The position numbers and the translations under genes are program-made. Below, piece by piece: positions 12,646-25,504 of a stretch of 64,000 nucleotides of DNA. Every line of letters begins with the position of its first letter. Position 1 is the first letter of the stretch. Where the stretch lies: positions 14,944,001-15,008,000 of the forward strand of contig NC_087263.1 in NCBI RefSeq assembly GCF_037042905.1, read 5' to 3'. This DNA comes from Lytechinus pictus (Eukaryota). The notes below the pieces were generated by a model. That model searched no databases. It was given only the letters and a program-made list of their open reading frames with translations, and was not told where the DNA came from.

Positions 12646-14864
12646 CTGTCCCTTGAGAATACTCCCACAACTCAACAACAATCTCCGAACGCCAGATGTG
12701 GACGGAATTCACCTCCCAAAAAAAGAGCTCCTTGGTTGACGTCAGTCCTTACTCCTCCATAAACATGACGATAAAATGAAACACTTTGAAATGTTAATCC
12801 GAAATATGGATCTATTGGCAAGGAAGTTGATGATGATTCCCTACAAGTGAGGGGTAAATTTGATTTCTGGTCAAGAAATATTTCTGAGCCGCCCTCACCG
12901 CACCGCCGGTGTCTGCTGGGATGAAATGACAGGTGTCCAACTAAATGTTGAATCACTGTTTGATATTCAGCGACTATGAATCTATAACATATGAATCCAA
13001 GGCAAAATCCCACAGAATAGTTGCTACAGTTAAAGGTATCCACCTACAGGAGGGGGGCAAGTATGTTCCCCTCGAGGGGAGTAAATATGTACCCCTGTGA
13101 GCTCCAAGAATACCGATGGTGCAATGAAAATGTGAAGGCTGATGATTGGCTGGTATCGAACAGGCTAACACATTCCAAGTGACTTTGCAGTCACATCACA
13201 TCAAAACAAGCTGGTATTATAAAACATATGAGAATATCACCACCAATATATGATGAAAATTAAAATGGTCTTAATGTTGATGAAGGGGTGTAGATGACTT
13301 CTGCAAGACACCATGTATAGTAAGTGTTAATTCCTTCGGTACTTACGATCTTCTTAATGAATTATCACCGCCTCGATCAATACGCACTGATCAATAACAC
13401 ATGAATTGTCTGACAGTGGGATGCAGGGTGAGAGATGAAAACAAAAAACTCCAGATCGTGTATTCTGTGCCTCCCGAAATCATCCACAATGCTCTTTTCA
13501 CAGAATTACAAATCCTACGAAAAGACCGGTGATCAATTCTAGCATTGATATCTCGGATTGGCTATTGATGTAGATGAGAGAGAGAGAGAGAGAGAGAGAG
13601 GATCCAGCGAGACTTCAAGTGAGGTGACTGATCCGCAATGCAGAGAGCTAATGCACTGACGATTCCAAACAATCATGCATGTATTGATGAATTGTCGTCT
13701 CGGAATAAAAAAAAAGAAAACCTGTTCAGATGTGGTTTTATACCATAGTCTTTGCATTCAGACCCCAAAATGTAAACAGATCACGTAATGTTCAATCTTT
13801 CTTCATATCAGCCTGGACTAATTAAGTATCATGAACCGATATGGAAATTGCATAACAGAACACAATATCCGAGGCAAAGATATTCAGTTCAGCGACCTGT
13901 TTGATCAAGGATGATTCATCTTAGAAGCGGTATAAAACTTGCTTTGCAATTTGCATATAAATTCTGACCTGAAAATGACAAAGACTAATAATCAATTGAA
14001 TGATTATTACACTTCAATTATACATTTCAATTGTTATAAATGCATTTATGATGGATTTTGTATACTGTTTTGTTGGAAATGAGAAAAAATAAAACTGAAC
14101 TGAACTGAACTTGGAAGGTCACCTTGAGTAGAATATAAATAGTTCCTCTAAATCTTATTTGTAAAAAATACACTTTCCTAATACAAAAGTCAAGCTTGAC
14201 AACTTACAGATGTAGGCCTATATGCCTCTTAACACAATCACTGAGACCTTGCGATATTGGCCACATCATTGAGCCATTTGGGTCTGATATCATAGACTAA
14301 GGTAGAGATGTACACACAGCATGATTACATGTGTGTTGTAGTCTGGGAATGTGTAGAGGTCCAAGTGTGAATTGTTAATCCTGTTATTAAGAATCTTTGC
14401 GTGGGTGTATCTTATAATTCGGGTAAAAACACACATCAAATTCATCAAATATTGACTTAACATATGAATCAGATTTTTTTCTCATTCATTCATATGATGG
14501 TCATTGCGTGCAGATGTTACATTTGATAGTTTTCTCATTTCTAACTGAATGAAACAACATTTTACTATCCCAATCATTTTTTTAAATTTATTCAAACCAT
14601 TTCAACCCCCCCCCCCCGCCCCTAACCATAGAGTGTATACTGTAGGGGTAATATTTCACACAAACGATTATTTTTTAGATATGAATAGATAATGCATAAA
14701 AAATATACTAATTCCATCAGCTTTATTACTTGGCACAGTCCAGTTAATTAAATGTTTTTCTTTTTCTTTTGTTGATTAACATAATTTCAGAGCTTGAAGA
14801 AAATAAAATTAACAAATATTTTCCCTACAATCCTCTGAGATCGCTACCCCCTATCCACTCTCTA

Positions 14865-15190
14865 TATCTCTCTTTTTCTTCTTTTCTTTTCTTTCTTTTT
14901 CTTTCCTTCCTTCCTTCTTTCTTTCTTTCTTTCTTTCATCATTTATTTATTTCTTTATTTATTAATTTATTAATTTATTTATTCATTTATTTATTTATCT
15001 ATTTCTTATTCATTTATTTATTTTCTTATTCATTTATTCTTTCCTTCCTTCCTTGCTTCCTTCTATCTCACTCTGTTTCTTTCTTTCTTTCTTTTCTTTA
15101 ATATTTCTATCTTTTTTTCATTCTCTCTGCCTTTCTTTCTGTTTCTCTTTCGTTCATTCTCTCTGTCTCCCTCTCTCTTCCCATCTCTCC
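14865..15190. repeat. (CTTT)n/(ATTT)n low-complexity tract
   Basis: Direct reading. Confidence 0.9.
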
Positions 15191-15749
15191 TCATACCAAC
15201 CACACAACCCCAATAGCCTTCACCTTCCGCCTTTCCTCTCCTTACAAATTAACAACACAACGTTTTATTACCCCCCCCCCCCTCCCTTGATAAAAAGGTA
15301 TTATTTACACCCAATCAGACAATATGTATTTACACAGTGCCATTCAGTGATGAGGTCACACATACACACACATTTGTGCACTTTGGAGTAGGACACACAA
15401 AAATAGACACACTGGACTGCCCGCTCAGTCAAGTGAAAATAAAGTTCTGATGCTGGGAAGCTGGGGTAGAGGTACTATTGGACGAATGGTTTGGACCTAA
15501 GCAAACTTGTGGATTTTCTTTTGTTTGCAGTTTGAAGTGCCAATTTTCATATTGAATTCTGACTCAATAATGCACGGAGTTGAAGATTTATAGGGATGGT
15601 TTTATAATGTGCATGCGATAGGCCTAATTATTGGTATAATTTTCACCAATATGGACTAAAATTCACTTCAAACAACATGGCAATCCGAATTACTGTCACT
15701 TTTGCATGTCCATCAATGCCACCATCTGAAATAGATATAATTATTTTTA

Positions 15750-15796
15750 TCACCATCATCACCACCACTCCAGCCATTGTCATTATCATCATCCCC

Positions 15797-15830
<34 letters not shown>

Positions 15831-16000
15831 TCATCACCACCACCACCACCATCATCACCATCATCATCACCACCACCATCATCATCATCATCATCATCAC
15901 CACCACCATCATCATCATCATCATCATCATCACCATCATCATCATCCTCATCATCATCCTCATCATCATCCCCATCATCATCATCCCCATCATCATCATC
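15750..16000. repeat. (CAT/CAC)n microsatellite
   Basis: Direct reading. Confidence 0.98.
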
Positions 16001-16024
16001 TAAGATGGAAGATAGATTGAATTC

Positions 16025-16135
16025 ACTTACCTGGAGATCATAAGACGACATCAGACAAGAAGAAGAAAGCATGAAATGAAAGAAAATATGTAAAAGAAAT
16101 ATTATACATACAATGTAAGTGACAGGACATCAAAC
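16025..16135 (-). promoter_or_regulatory. Juxtaposed 3'/5' splice site (candidate recursive splice site) or short first exon MLSSSCLMSSYDLQ
   Basis: Minus strand: ~100 nt AG-free pyrimidine-rich tract, then CTCCAG|GTAAGT with the junction at 16031/16030. Confidence 0.5.
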
Positions 16136-17927
16136 CTCAGTATGAACTTATAAATTTGAAAGAGTTTTTAGAGAGAGAGAGAAAAAAAATATTTACATAG
16201 TGTTATAACAGAAATCAATTGATCTTTGAAAAAGTGTTTGCAATATCTTCTATAAGCAAATGATCAACATAGTTGAGGATGGAGGGGGGGGGAGGGCAGG
16301 AACAGTACACAAATATACAACCACAAACAACGCAGTTCTACACATACATGAAACTCTACTTTACAGGTTACATGAAAATTGGAAATAAATCGTGATTCTA
16401 TAAAAAAAAATTATAGAAAATGGGGACCTCTTAAACCAGAGTAAATTTTCTCAATCTTCTGAAAAGAAACGAAAACCTTTCCTACAATGTTTCGTAATCT
16501 GGAGAGCCTCTCTGCTTAAAATGGAAAATGGGATATAAATCATGATTCTATGAAAGCCATTACCCACTACATACGAAAACAACATGTATTCTAGGGACGA
16601 CACAGGGGGGCAAATCCACCAAAATAGATATGGACCCTCTTTCCATTATGACGAGCTTGTGGCCAATTTAGACGTCAGTGTGCAGGCAGCTGCGACGCAC
16701 AATTAAAGTGCCCCGCTCAAAGGGGAGGTACGATAAAAATCGATGAAACGGTCTGCCTTTGAAGCTAAAATGTTTTCATTGCCGTCCAACAATTTTTCTG
16801 ATTTGTACTCAAGGTAATGGAAAAATATGGGAATGATCTGAAAGGGTTCGAACAAATTACATGCTAAACTGACTGCTTTCCCCTCTCTTGTATAGTGAAG
16901 TCGTATAAGCCCCCTAATTTTGAAAGAGCGCTTGAAGGCAGATCAGTGTGATTTTATCAGCAAAAATTATCTTAATGATGAGATATATCCTTTGTTGGAT
17001 TTTTTTACAAGTGAGAATATGTCTGAATGGCTATTAATCTGTCATTTCCCCAAGTTGCGGTAAGGAGGGGATATGATTGAATTGAAATCATGTCTTTATA
17101 GGATTTAAGTGCAAATATCTAAATGTAATCCCATAAAATGAGCTGCAAATATTTCACATGAGTACAAAAGAATCCAGATCTTCTAATATTTGAATATAGT
17201 TGAATGACTTCAAAGTTTATTTTGAGGTCAAAAGTCACGATGAGGTCAATCTACAGTCAAGCTAGATGATAACATCAAAACACAAATTTCATTTTAAAGA
17301 AAGAAGTAAGCAAGTAAAAAGTGGGGGAAAAATCCCCTCCCCCTCATCTTCAAGGGGTCTGAATGCCTGCTTGTTGGACACATTGGAAAACATTACCTAG
17401 AAATAATCTACAACAACATATCAAATCATTGTCAAATAGTATAATAACACATTATCAGTCTATTAAATGATTGATTATTTTATTGTTACTGGTTGCTATG
17501 GATACGTTGTTTCATGACTATATGCAGAATGACGGTGCATTGTGCATGAATGAAATGACAAACATTTACTGAGGGAGGATCCAGTCATTATGCAAACAGT
17601 CTTTATGATGTCATAATGGGGAACGTGAATATTCATAAAGCTGGTTTTGGCTGCCTGCCCAGAGTTGGGTTTGTTGGCTAAAACCAAATAGTTTGTAATG
17701 TAAATGAAGGTTATTATTGTGGGATTTTTTTCTTGATTGTTATGAGATAGCTGTGGAACATTTCCTTATCAATTTTGTTTGCATTCTTTGTTTAAAAATG
17801 TAAATATTCTGTTTAGGCATATCATTTGATCATAGTACTAGATGATTTATTTTCAAACCCACCAACCCTATAGTAATATGACATCAACATCAACAATGCT
17901 TTGAGGCATTTCTAAAAATTTATATAG

Positions 17928-18340
17928 ATGTATTTTTTATTGAGTCGGTCTTAAAGCACCTTATATTAGATATTTTGAGACATTTCTCATGACTTACAGG
18001 TATTTTTGTGATGGAGTTGGTCTAAAAGCACCATACATTGGATATTGCGGAAGTTCTAATAATTCACGTGTATTTATATGTGACCAAGTCGGTCTGAAAT
18101 CACCATATATTGGGGAGTTCTCATAATTCACAGGTATTTTTGTGATCGGGTCAGTGTGCAAGCTCATAAATTGGGGCAGATTTAATAATTCACAAGTATT
18201 TTGGTGATTGAGTAGGTCTTAAAGCAGCTTACAGATAATCTAGGGCACAGGTCTCATGACTCACAATATTTCTTATGATCAAGTCACCATAGAAGCCTAC
18301 TACCTTTTTTAAGGCATTTCTCAGTGTTTTTGTGACCAGT
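17928..18340. repeat. Degenerate ~60-70-bp minisatellite, ~6 units
   Basis: Recurrent gtatttttgtgat..gagtcggtct.aaagcacc.ta.att...tctcat.a.tcaca. Confidence 0.8.
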
Positions 18341-19637
18341 GGGAGGGGTGTGAAGTCCCCTATTGTTATACCTGTGCTCCAGGTGAAGAGTAAATTGATA
18401 GAGCTTGTGAAAGAAAAACAAATTTGTCTGTTTTGATTGCTATTGTTCAAAGTTCAGCGGGTCAGACTGGGTCACTCTGAGGTCGCCCGGGATAATAACA
18501 ACCTCAAAAGAATATCTTGAACAATTGTGAGAATTTCCCCTTTTCAAACACACTTAAAATTAAAGTTCAAGGGAAAATTCTTAGAGATAACAAACTCAAA
18601 GATAACATATAACCTGTCGGAGAAATATTCAGAATGTCTTTCTGTTTGGAAATGACTTACATGAAGTAGTAAGGTATTTTAAATACGATAATGTCCAATA
18701 AATCATAAATATATACGCGACGGTTCGATAAGATTTTTTTGTCAAAAGTCATTACTACTCACGATTCTCATAAGTTTTCAAAGGAAATCAATAAATGTAT
18801 TTTATTCTCATAACTTTTAAACTTTTAGAAATTAAGTTAAAAAGATTTGAATACATCAAAAGAGAGAAAAAAAATGATAAACTACAAAATATGTTACTCA
18901 TAGCTCCATACCAAAATCTATTCTCTTTAAAACTCCAGAGAACTTTTCACCCAGAGAAACAAAATTGGAATCAAGCCTCCACCCCCCCTCCCAAACGCAC
19001 ACTGATAGACACAATTCAAAAGATGTTAGATAAGCTGAAATCAAAATATCAAGTGGAATTATTCTAGTATTTCTTATTTCTTTTCCAAAACCAAAATATA
19101 AAAGATTGAAGCCAAGTCACTTTTCTCCCAGGCCAAAGCTCCCAGTACAATGACTCTTTTCAGACAAGTATTAAAACCAAATATATGCTTATCGCAAAGT
19201 TAGTTCAAAATGACTCTCTCCCAGGCCAATGCTCATAGCATAATGAACCTTTTCAGACGAGTGTTTTAACCTTTATAATGCTGCAATCTGTCCTAGCCCC
19301 AGAATTAAAATGCTTTCATGCTTTACATTAAAACTTGAATGATCGTGTGAAAGCTTTCTCTTTTACCCAGGCATGATGTAGTAATGTACTATGAGATTAA
19401 AGAACTAGATTGTTCAGCTTGAGTAAGAACCGTGTGAAAATTTACACCTTCCAAAATTTTGTGGTCTGGTTGGGGTCTGTATACAGACAGCTACACCAGG
19501 TGACAATATGAAAACAAATATGAGTGACACTACCAAGAGTTAAAATTATAAATGACTGACTGGAAAAAAAGGCAAAATCTTCATTTCACATAAAAATAAA
19601 AAATCTCCATTTAAACATGGCTGAAAACACAATACAC

Positions 19638-19946
19638 ACTCTCAAAATTGTTATTAACCAATTTCAAGTCAATTCAATTAAAAAATAGTCTTTATTGATG
19701 ATCAAACATGTTTATAACAATCGCACTTAGAAAAAACCCAGCCGGAGATGTAAAATTCACATTTACAAGTTTGCATTGGCACAATAAACTACATAGTAAA
19801 ATGCATTAAAAAGGCTATACATTTAACCAACCCAAAAGTTGGTTAAATTATGAACTGAACTGCTTGCATACACTTTCATTTTTAACCAACAATTGGTAAG
19901 TTCATATTTGAACCAACTTAAAAATTGGCTAAAACATTTCTGAGTG
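19638..19946. mobile_element. Degenerate CAC...GTG element
   Basis: CACTCTCAAAATTGTT...AACATTTCTGAGTG termini with repeated taaccaa/ttggtta. Confidence 0.45.
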
Positions 19947-20142
19947 AACAAAGTTATATTTCTTTAGTTGTACTATTGGTAATCGAATCTAACCATTCAC
20001 CCAGCATTTACTGTTATAATTTTCATCATTCTCTCTCTGATCTCATACTTTTTTAAGAATGTCATGAAAAAGTATAAAAAAGAAAAATACTTTACTTTTT
20101 ATAATTTGAAAAAAGATAATAACAATTTGAGTTGAAGTATCA

Positions 20143-20508
20143 AATAATAATAATAATATAATAATATTCAGAATTTATATAGCGCTTAATACATCGGAAC
20201 GACGTCTCTAAGCGCTTTACAGACATATTATCCGGTCATCGGATCCTTGCATGCCCGCCGCGGCATACAATGTATGCACCTTCTCCACTCCCTGGGGAGC
20301 ATTCCAACAAGAGTTCCATTACTCAATTGCTAGGCATACTACATATAGGCTTTCACATCCTACCGGGTACCCATTTAACACCTGGGTGGAGAGTGGCAAA
20401 GTGTGGATTACCGCTTGCCAAAGGACGCTAGGCCATGGTGGGATTCGAACACATGACCCTCTGATTACAAGGCGAGAGTCAGAACCGCTACACCACAAGG
20501 CTTCCACC
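20143..20508 (-). mobile_element. Full-length tRNA-derived SINE
   Basis: Minus strand: A-box-like TGGTGTAGCGG, B-box GTTCGAATCCC, body ccactctccacccaggtg...aatgggtacc, 3' end gtaaagcgcttagag...gcgctatataaat and a (TTA)n tail. Related copies elsewhere in the window. Confidence 0.85.
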
Positions 20509-20748
20509 TAACCTGTTATCACCTAACAGACTGGATATGTCTTATCTGTATCACATTCAGACCATAATTAGACTAAATATGTAAGGAGAAAACTTCAGGC
20601 TGAAACTGATGTTTTCTGATAAGGGAGTGTATGAAACTGGCTTCACATTTTTTTTGCCCAGCCAGACAGGAATTTTTCTCTCTCTGCTAGAAATGTATAC
20701 AAATATGTGAACTAGAGAGGGCAGCAAAGCACTAGGCAAACTTATCTC

Positions 20749-21405
20749 TTTGATTAGCATTTTCAACAAAATGTTATCTGTCTTCATTTGATAGAATGAA
20801 AGGGGGGTGCACCATAAAAAGGCACAAACTATAATTAGTTTTTGCAATTGATCTTTTTTTTGTATTTCCCTGATGATCGAGGATTTATTAATGAAAAATA
20901 AACTAAAATTCAGCAATACGAAATATACAAATCAAGGCAGCATCCTCTAGGGATCATAATGGCATATACAATGTTATATCAGATGAATTCAAATGTAGTG
21001 AAATAGTCTTCTTGGTAGCCTATTGTCTACTTTTTGCATCTTTTCAATAAATATTATTTTTCCTGCTATCTCTCTTTTAAACACATAGAATAAGACCATT
21101 TTCTCTTCTATCATACCGAGTTAAATTTCTTTCCAGAATAAACTTATAAATACACCATAGAGCTACTCCTAAAATGATTGATTGCAATTGATTACAAATC
21201 CTAGTACGTGGCTTGCAATAGAATTACAGAAATATGTAATATAATAGAATCGAATGTATCTATTGTGCAGCTGAGTAGAGATTACACAGATTACTGAAGT
21301 AATCATTACAAATGAAATTTGTAGTTTGTGTCTTTTTATAGTGCACCCCCCCTTTCATTCTATCAAATGAAGACAGATAACATTTTGTTGAAAATGCTAA
21401 TCAAA
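20749..21405. repeat. Inverted ~85-bp duplication with ~490-bp spacer
   Basis: 20749-20832 (tttgattagcattttcaacaaaatgttatctgtc...) is a near-perfect reverse complement of 21321-21405. Confidence 0.9.
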
Positions 21406-22288
21406 TGAAATGTTCAGATGAATAGCCCTGATCTTCTTATCTCAAATAGTAACAGCCTTAAGTGTCTTTTTATAGGATGACTTATGATAAACCCTGAAAC
21501 TTAACAAACTAAAAGAAAAATAAATGATGGGTGCTTGAATCTGAAAACATTAAAAAAGCTGAACATTGTAAAAAAAAAAAACTCTACATATATCTAATAT
21601 GTTACTCGGTTAAGAAGATTGTCATAGAAACCTTAATCATGGAATGACACCTATCAAGCCACTACTCACTTTCGTAAAGAATCCACTGATAATTTCCCTC
21701 GATCCCCCCACCCCTCTTTTCAGCGCAATCTATTCGCCCTTGGGGATAAGGTTTCCCTTAAGATACTAACACCCCATGAATGATAATAGACAGTATTAGC
21801 ATACTCAAGATAATAAGTGCTTCAAGAACGTAGGTATTTTCCTTTTCACAAGACAGGTCATAGAAGAAGCAGTTAAGAGGGTGATCATCTGATACTCAAA
21901 TAGGCATGAGAGCTCTAATGTTGCTTTTTAAGGTTTCAAGGGGCCTTTCCCCATGTTTGAAACCTTGAAAGTGGATAACTCGGGGTAGAACAGGGGTGGA
22001 TTTAGGATTGATAGGGGGACTATCTCCCCTACCCCTCCATTGTCAAGCAAAAACAAAATGTTATCATCATTCATAGAGACAATTTCCCTATAAATAGAAT
22101 GAAGTGGGGGGGGGGCAAGGCTTAATTGTTATTTTTTGTTCATCTATTTGATTGCTTTCTCTGATGAAATTCATAGATATATATATAAAGGTTTTATGTA
22201 TGTGGCCTAAAAACAAAGTTGAAGCAAAGCAAAAAAACAAAAAACAACAACAACAGTGAACTGACGTACAAGTGGGGCTGGCTAGGAG

Positions 22289-22467
22289 TAGTCTGCTATG
22301 CAAACCCTTCACTTGAGTTAAGGGTCTGAATGTGCAGCCTACTCATGCCTTGTGTACTGAAGGCCCTCTCGCTCAGAATTGAAACAGCAAGTTTTGTATG
22401 TGCTAGTCTTTGCGTGGAGACACACCTGTTGATCAAAGTTTCAATCAGGGTCTGTGCCTGCAGACTA
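22289..22467. mobile_element. Short MITE family, copy 2 (AcademH-like termini)
   Basis: Perfect 8-bp TIR TAGTCTGC/GCAGACTA. Flanks ggctaggag/ggcctggag (7/9 identical). Confidence 0.8.
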
Positions 22468-25400
22468 GGCCTGGAGCATGATCTTTGGTCTTGCTGGCCT
22501 TCCATCTCCTTCGGCCAATAAGTTCAAGTATGTGTAGTTCTTCCAATTATATACATTGTGCAACTGGAAGTACTGGACCGCATCATCTGAAGTAAGTTTA
22601 ACCAACCCTCCTTCATCCGATATGTGGGATGGAGAGGGGTCAAGGGAGCCCTCTATAGGTCCGATGCATCCAGGAGAGAGAGATGGATCCATCATTCCCT
22701 GTCAACTGAACGCGACCTCCTCCGCAATGCGCATTATTTACACGCTCCAGTCGAAAAGATGCAAGCATCGAGACATGTTATCGCTTGGGGTCATTTGCAC
22801 AGGCACAGCTGCATAGCATGGCATGTTTGAATATTGCATCAAGGCAATGAAAGACATTGTATTAGCACTCCTGAAAGAGTAAGCACGGATCGTTACTGTA
22901 AAGTGCACATTTTCCCCCATCGACACTTCATAAATTCTTCATTATCTTTATTAAATAATCAAAACAGGTCCCATTATTCCTTGTTAATGATGATTAACTA
23001 GGAAAATATGCACAATGGACCATTTACCAAGTGTTGGTATAACACTGACAAACTATATACACGTAGATTGCTTAGTACTTCAAGGCTATTAAAATTCAAT
23101 TAATTGTGTCATGAATGGAGTCGATTTTAAGAGACATTTAATATACAACTTCATGCATATGTCCAGATCCAGTGGGTGTTTGGCTCCCATCCCCAGTATT
23201 GCTAGTCATTAAAAAGTGCCCCATTTAGGAGGGATACCTTACCCTACCTTTTTTTTTAAATTAAGCAATTTACTTAAGTTCTTTCTTTTGAGACTTTCGG
23301 ATTTTCAACCAAGGTAAATTGTATTTTTTTTTTTGGTTGTAACGAAAAACCTGTGTGATTTGCTTGTCAAAAACGTCTGATGAAGCTAACATTTTGTGCT
23401 CCCATCGAATATATATATTAGCCAGGGTAATAATATCATAGCCCTTTGGAAGTGTGTTGAGAAGTTATAATCATAATCTAATATGCGCTATACAAGAACT
23501 GTTTAATATTTTTATTGTATTTTTGCAGTGGTGCAAAAAGAGGTTCCCAACAATCAATGATAGTTTATTATTGCCCTATAATCAAACCATCAGTTCCTAC
23601 ATATATTACTATAACCCTATAAACAGTGCAATATTAAAAACTATGGCCCTTCCACGACAACGATCCCCCATCACCTCCGATTAGGGAGATTTCCGTTACT
23701 TTTCTGTCCTAATACCCAGCAGCTGCATTCTATATTCAACAAAGAATGAAATTAACAGGTGAAATTGTAGAGGAAAGGCGTAATCAATACCTATCCCTTG
23801 ACCGGTGAATTATATCAAAAGTATAATCAATATTATGGAAACCTTATATTAGGTACTGAGTCCATCTTTCTTATTTTATAGAAACGATTACAAAAAAATT
23901 GTTAACCAATTAGTTTTTACAGGATACAACCAAAAATATAGCATTAGTTCCACAACAAGTTAATAGGAAAAAACCTTGACATCATTGACTCAATGTTCAT
24001 CTAAAAGTGATATACTGCCTTTTGAAACCAAGTTCTTTATATCCTGTATGTAGATGCCAATTTAAACAGGAGCAAGCTCCAAGTCTATTGAATAAAGTGG
24101 AGTACGATACTGAAATCGAAGATAAAGCCAGGGAGATCTGAAGTGGCAGGTTCAAAGTCAGAAAGGGAGAAAAAAAACCTCTGGTGCCATCTTTAGCAAA
24201 GAAAATAACAACAAAAGAAAGGTATGATTAATTATAATTATTGAAGTCCAACACAAAATAGGTTTACAAAATTGCAAAACATGATATCATGACAACACAT
24301 GAATTTCATTCTCGTAACTTGGGAAGTCTATTTTGCACAAACTTTTTAACAAGAATCTGATTGGACAATGGCTTTGTGAGTTGCAACTTAAAAAAGAAAA
24401 GGTCTCAGCACCTCCAACTTTTTGGGTAGTTACCTAACTTTGTAACCAAAATGTTGTAGAGCCTTAGTGTCCATGCTTAACCCATTGGACACTGGCTAAC
24501 TTCGCTTAAGCACACCACAAGCCCATTATATACTCTGCCTTGGCATTCAAGAGATTAAATGAACCCCTTTAGAAGTTATCTGAAAGACTGTGCTAGCAGG
24601 ACGGAGCATGTACATAACTCTTTGATCTGTGTTGACTGATGACAACTTTGAAAGTTTGCAACCTTCCGAATTTTCATCCAAATTGGTTCAATTTCCCCTG
24701 CTTTCAATCGATGCTTCTGCCTTAACCCTCAGACCCCTCAATTTTTACATTCCCTTAGGCATTACACAAGGACCATCCTTTTCTAGTAAGCAATAAGTTT
24801 GCATGGAGGTGACCTTGCCCTTTAAGATGGTAAAGTAGAGAAGACTCATGGTGAGAGAATAGCCCCTTGAGGGATAACGACAGCTGTGGGGGCACCATCA
24901 AACATGATACATAGTATAACATTATATGCTTATTTCGTTGCATGCACACGTTTACAAAGACACTGCTTTCAAGAGAAGCATATTGTTTACGACTGGTTCG
25001 AACAGAGAATATATATACTTCAAACCAAAAGGATGTTGCAAGATACTAAAGTGCGAATATCGGTTGGAATTGATACATCACTTTTCAATGTAGCAAATCA
25101 ATTTACACTTCCTGCTGCAAGAAACAGACTATTACTCTATTGCTTCTGATTGAAAAAAATCAGATTAATTTTAAGACCTGCATTTGATTTACAATTGATT
25201 GCAAGTTTCTTTTACTCTCCCCAAGATATACATTATACTCACAGAAGGCAGAGAACGTCTTTCAAAGCAGCCATTTTCCAATAATTTGATGATTAGAGAA
25301 CGGTTCCTGTCACAAACACAATCCTAAATGTGAGTCTTTTTTCCTTTTTCAGCACTGAAGAGAATATTTACTGCAGAATATTGTTTTTGTGTGTACAGAG

Positions 25401-25504
25401 TAATAACAGTAGTTTTACAGAAACGGCAATATGTCAGGCAAGCAGGCCAAAGATAGCAGAATCCCATGTGTGACAGTAGAATTAATCATTTTATTCACCA
25501 ACCT

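Noticed and set aside
15643..16072. Long low-complexity ORFs (also 35469-35797, 46092-46712, 58782-59252, 14769-15391, 49796-50516)
   Set aside because: Products of microsatellites and purine/pyrimidine tracts that lack stop codons.
17928..18340. CRISPR-like repeat-spacer array
   Set aside because: Whole units are degenerate copies with no unique spacers, there are no cas genes, and the context is eukaryotic.
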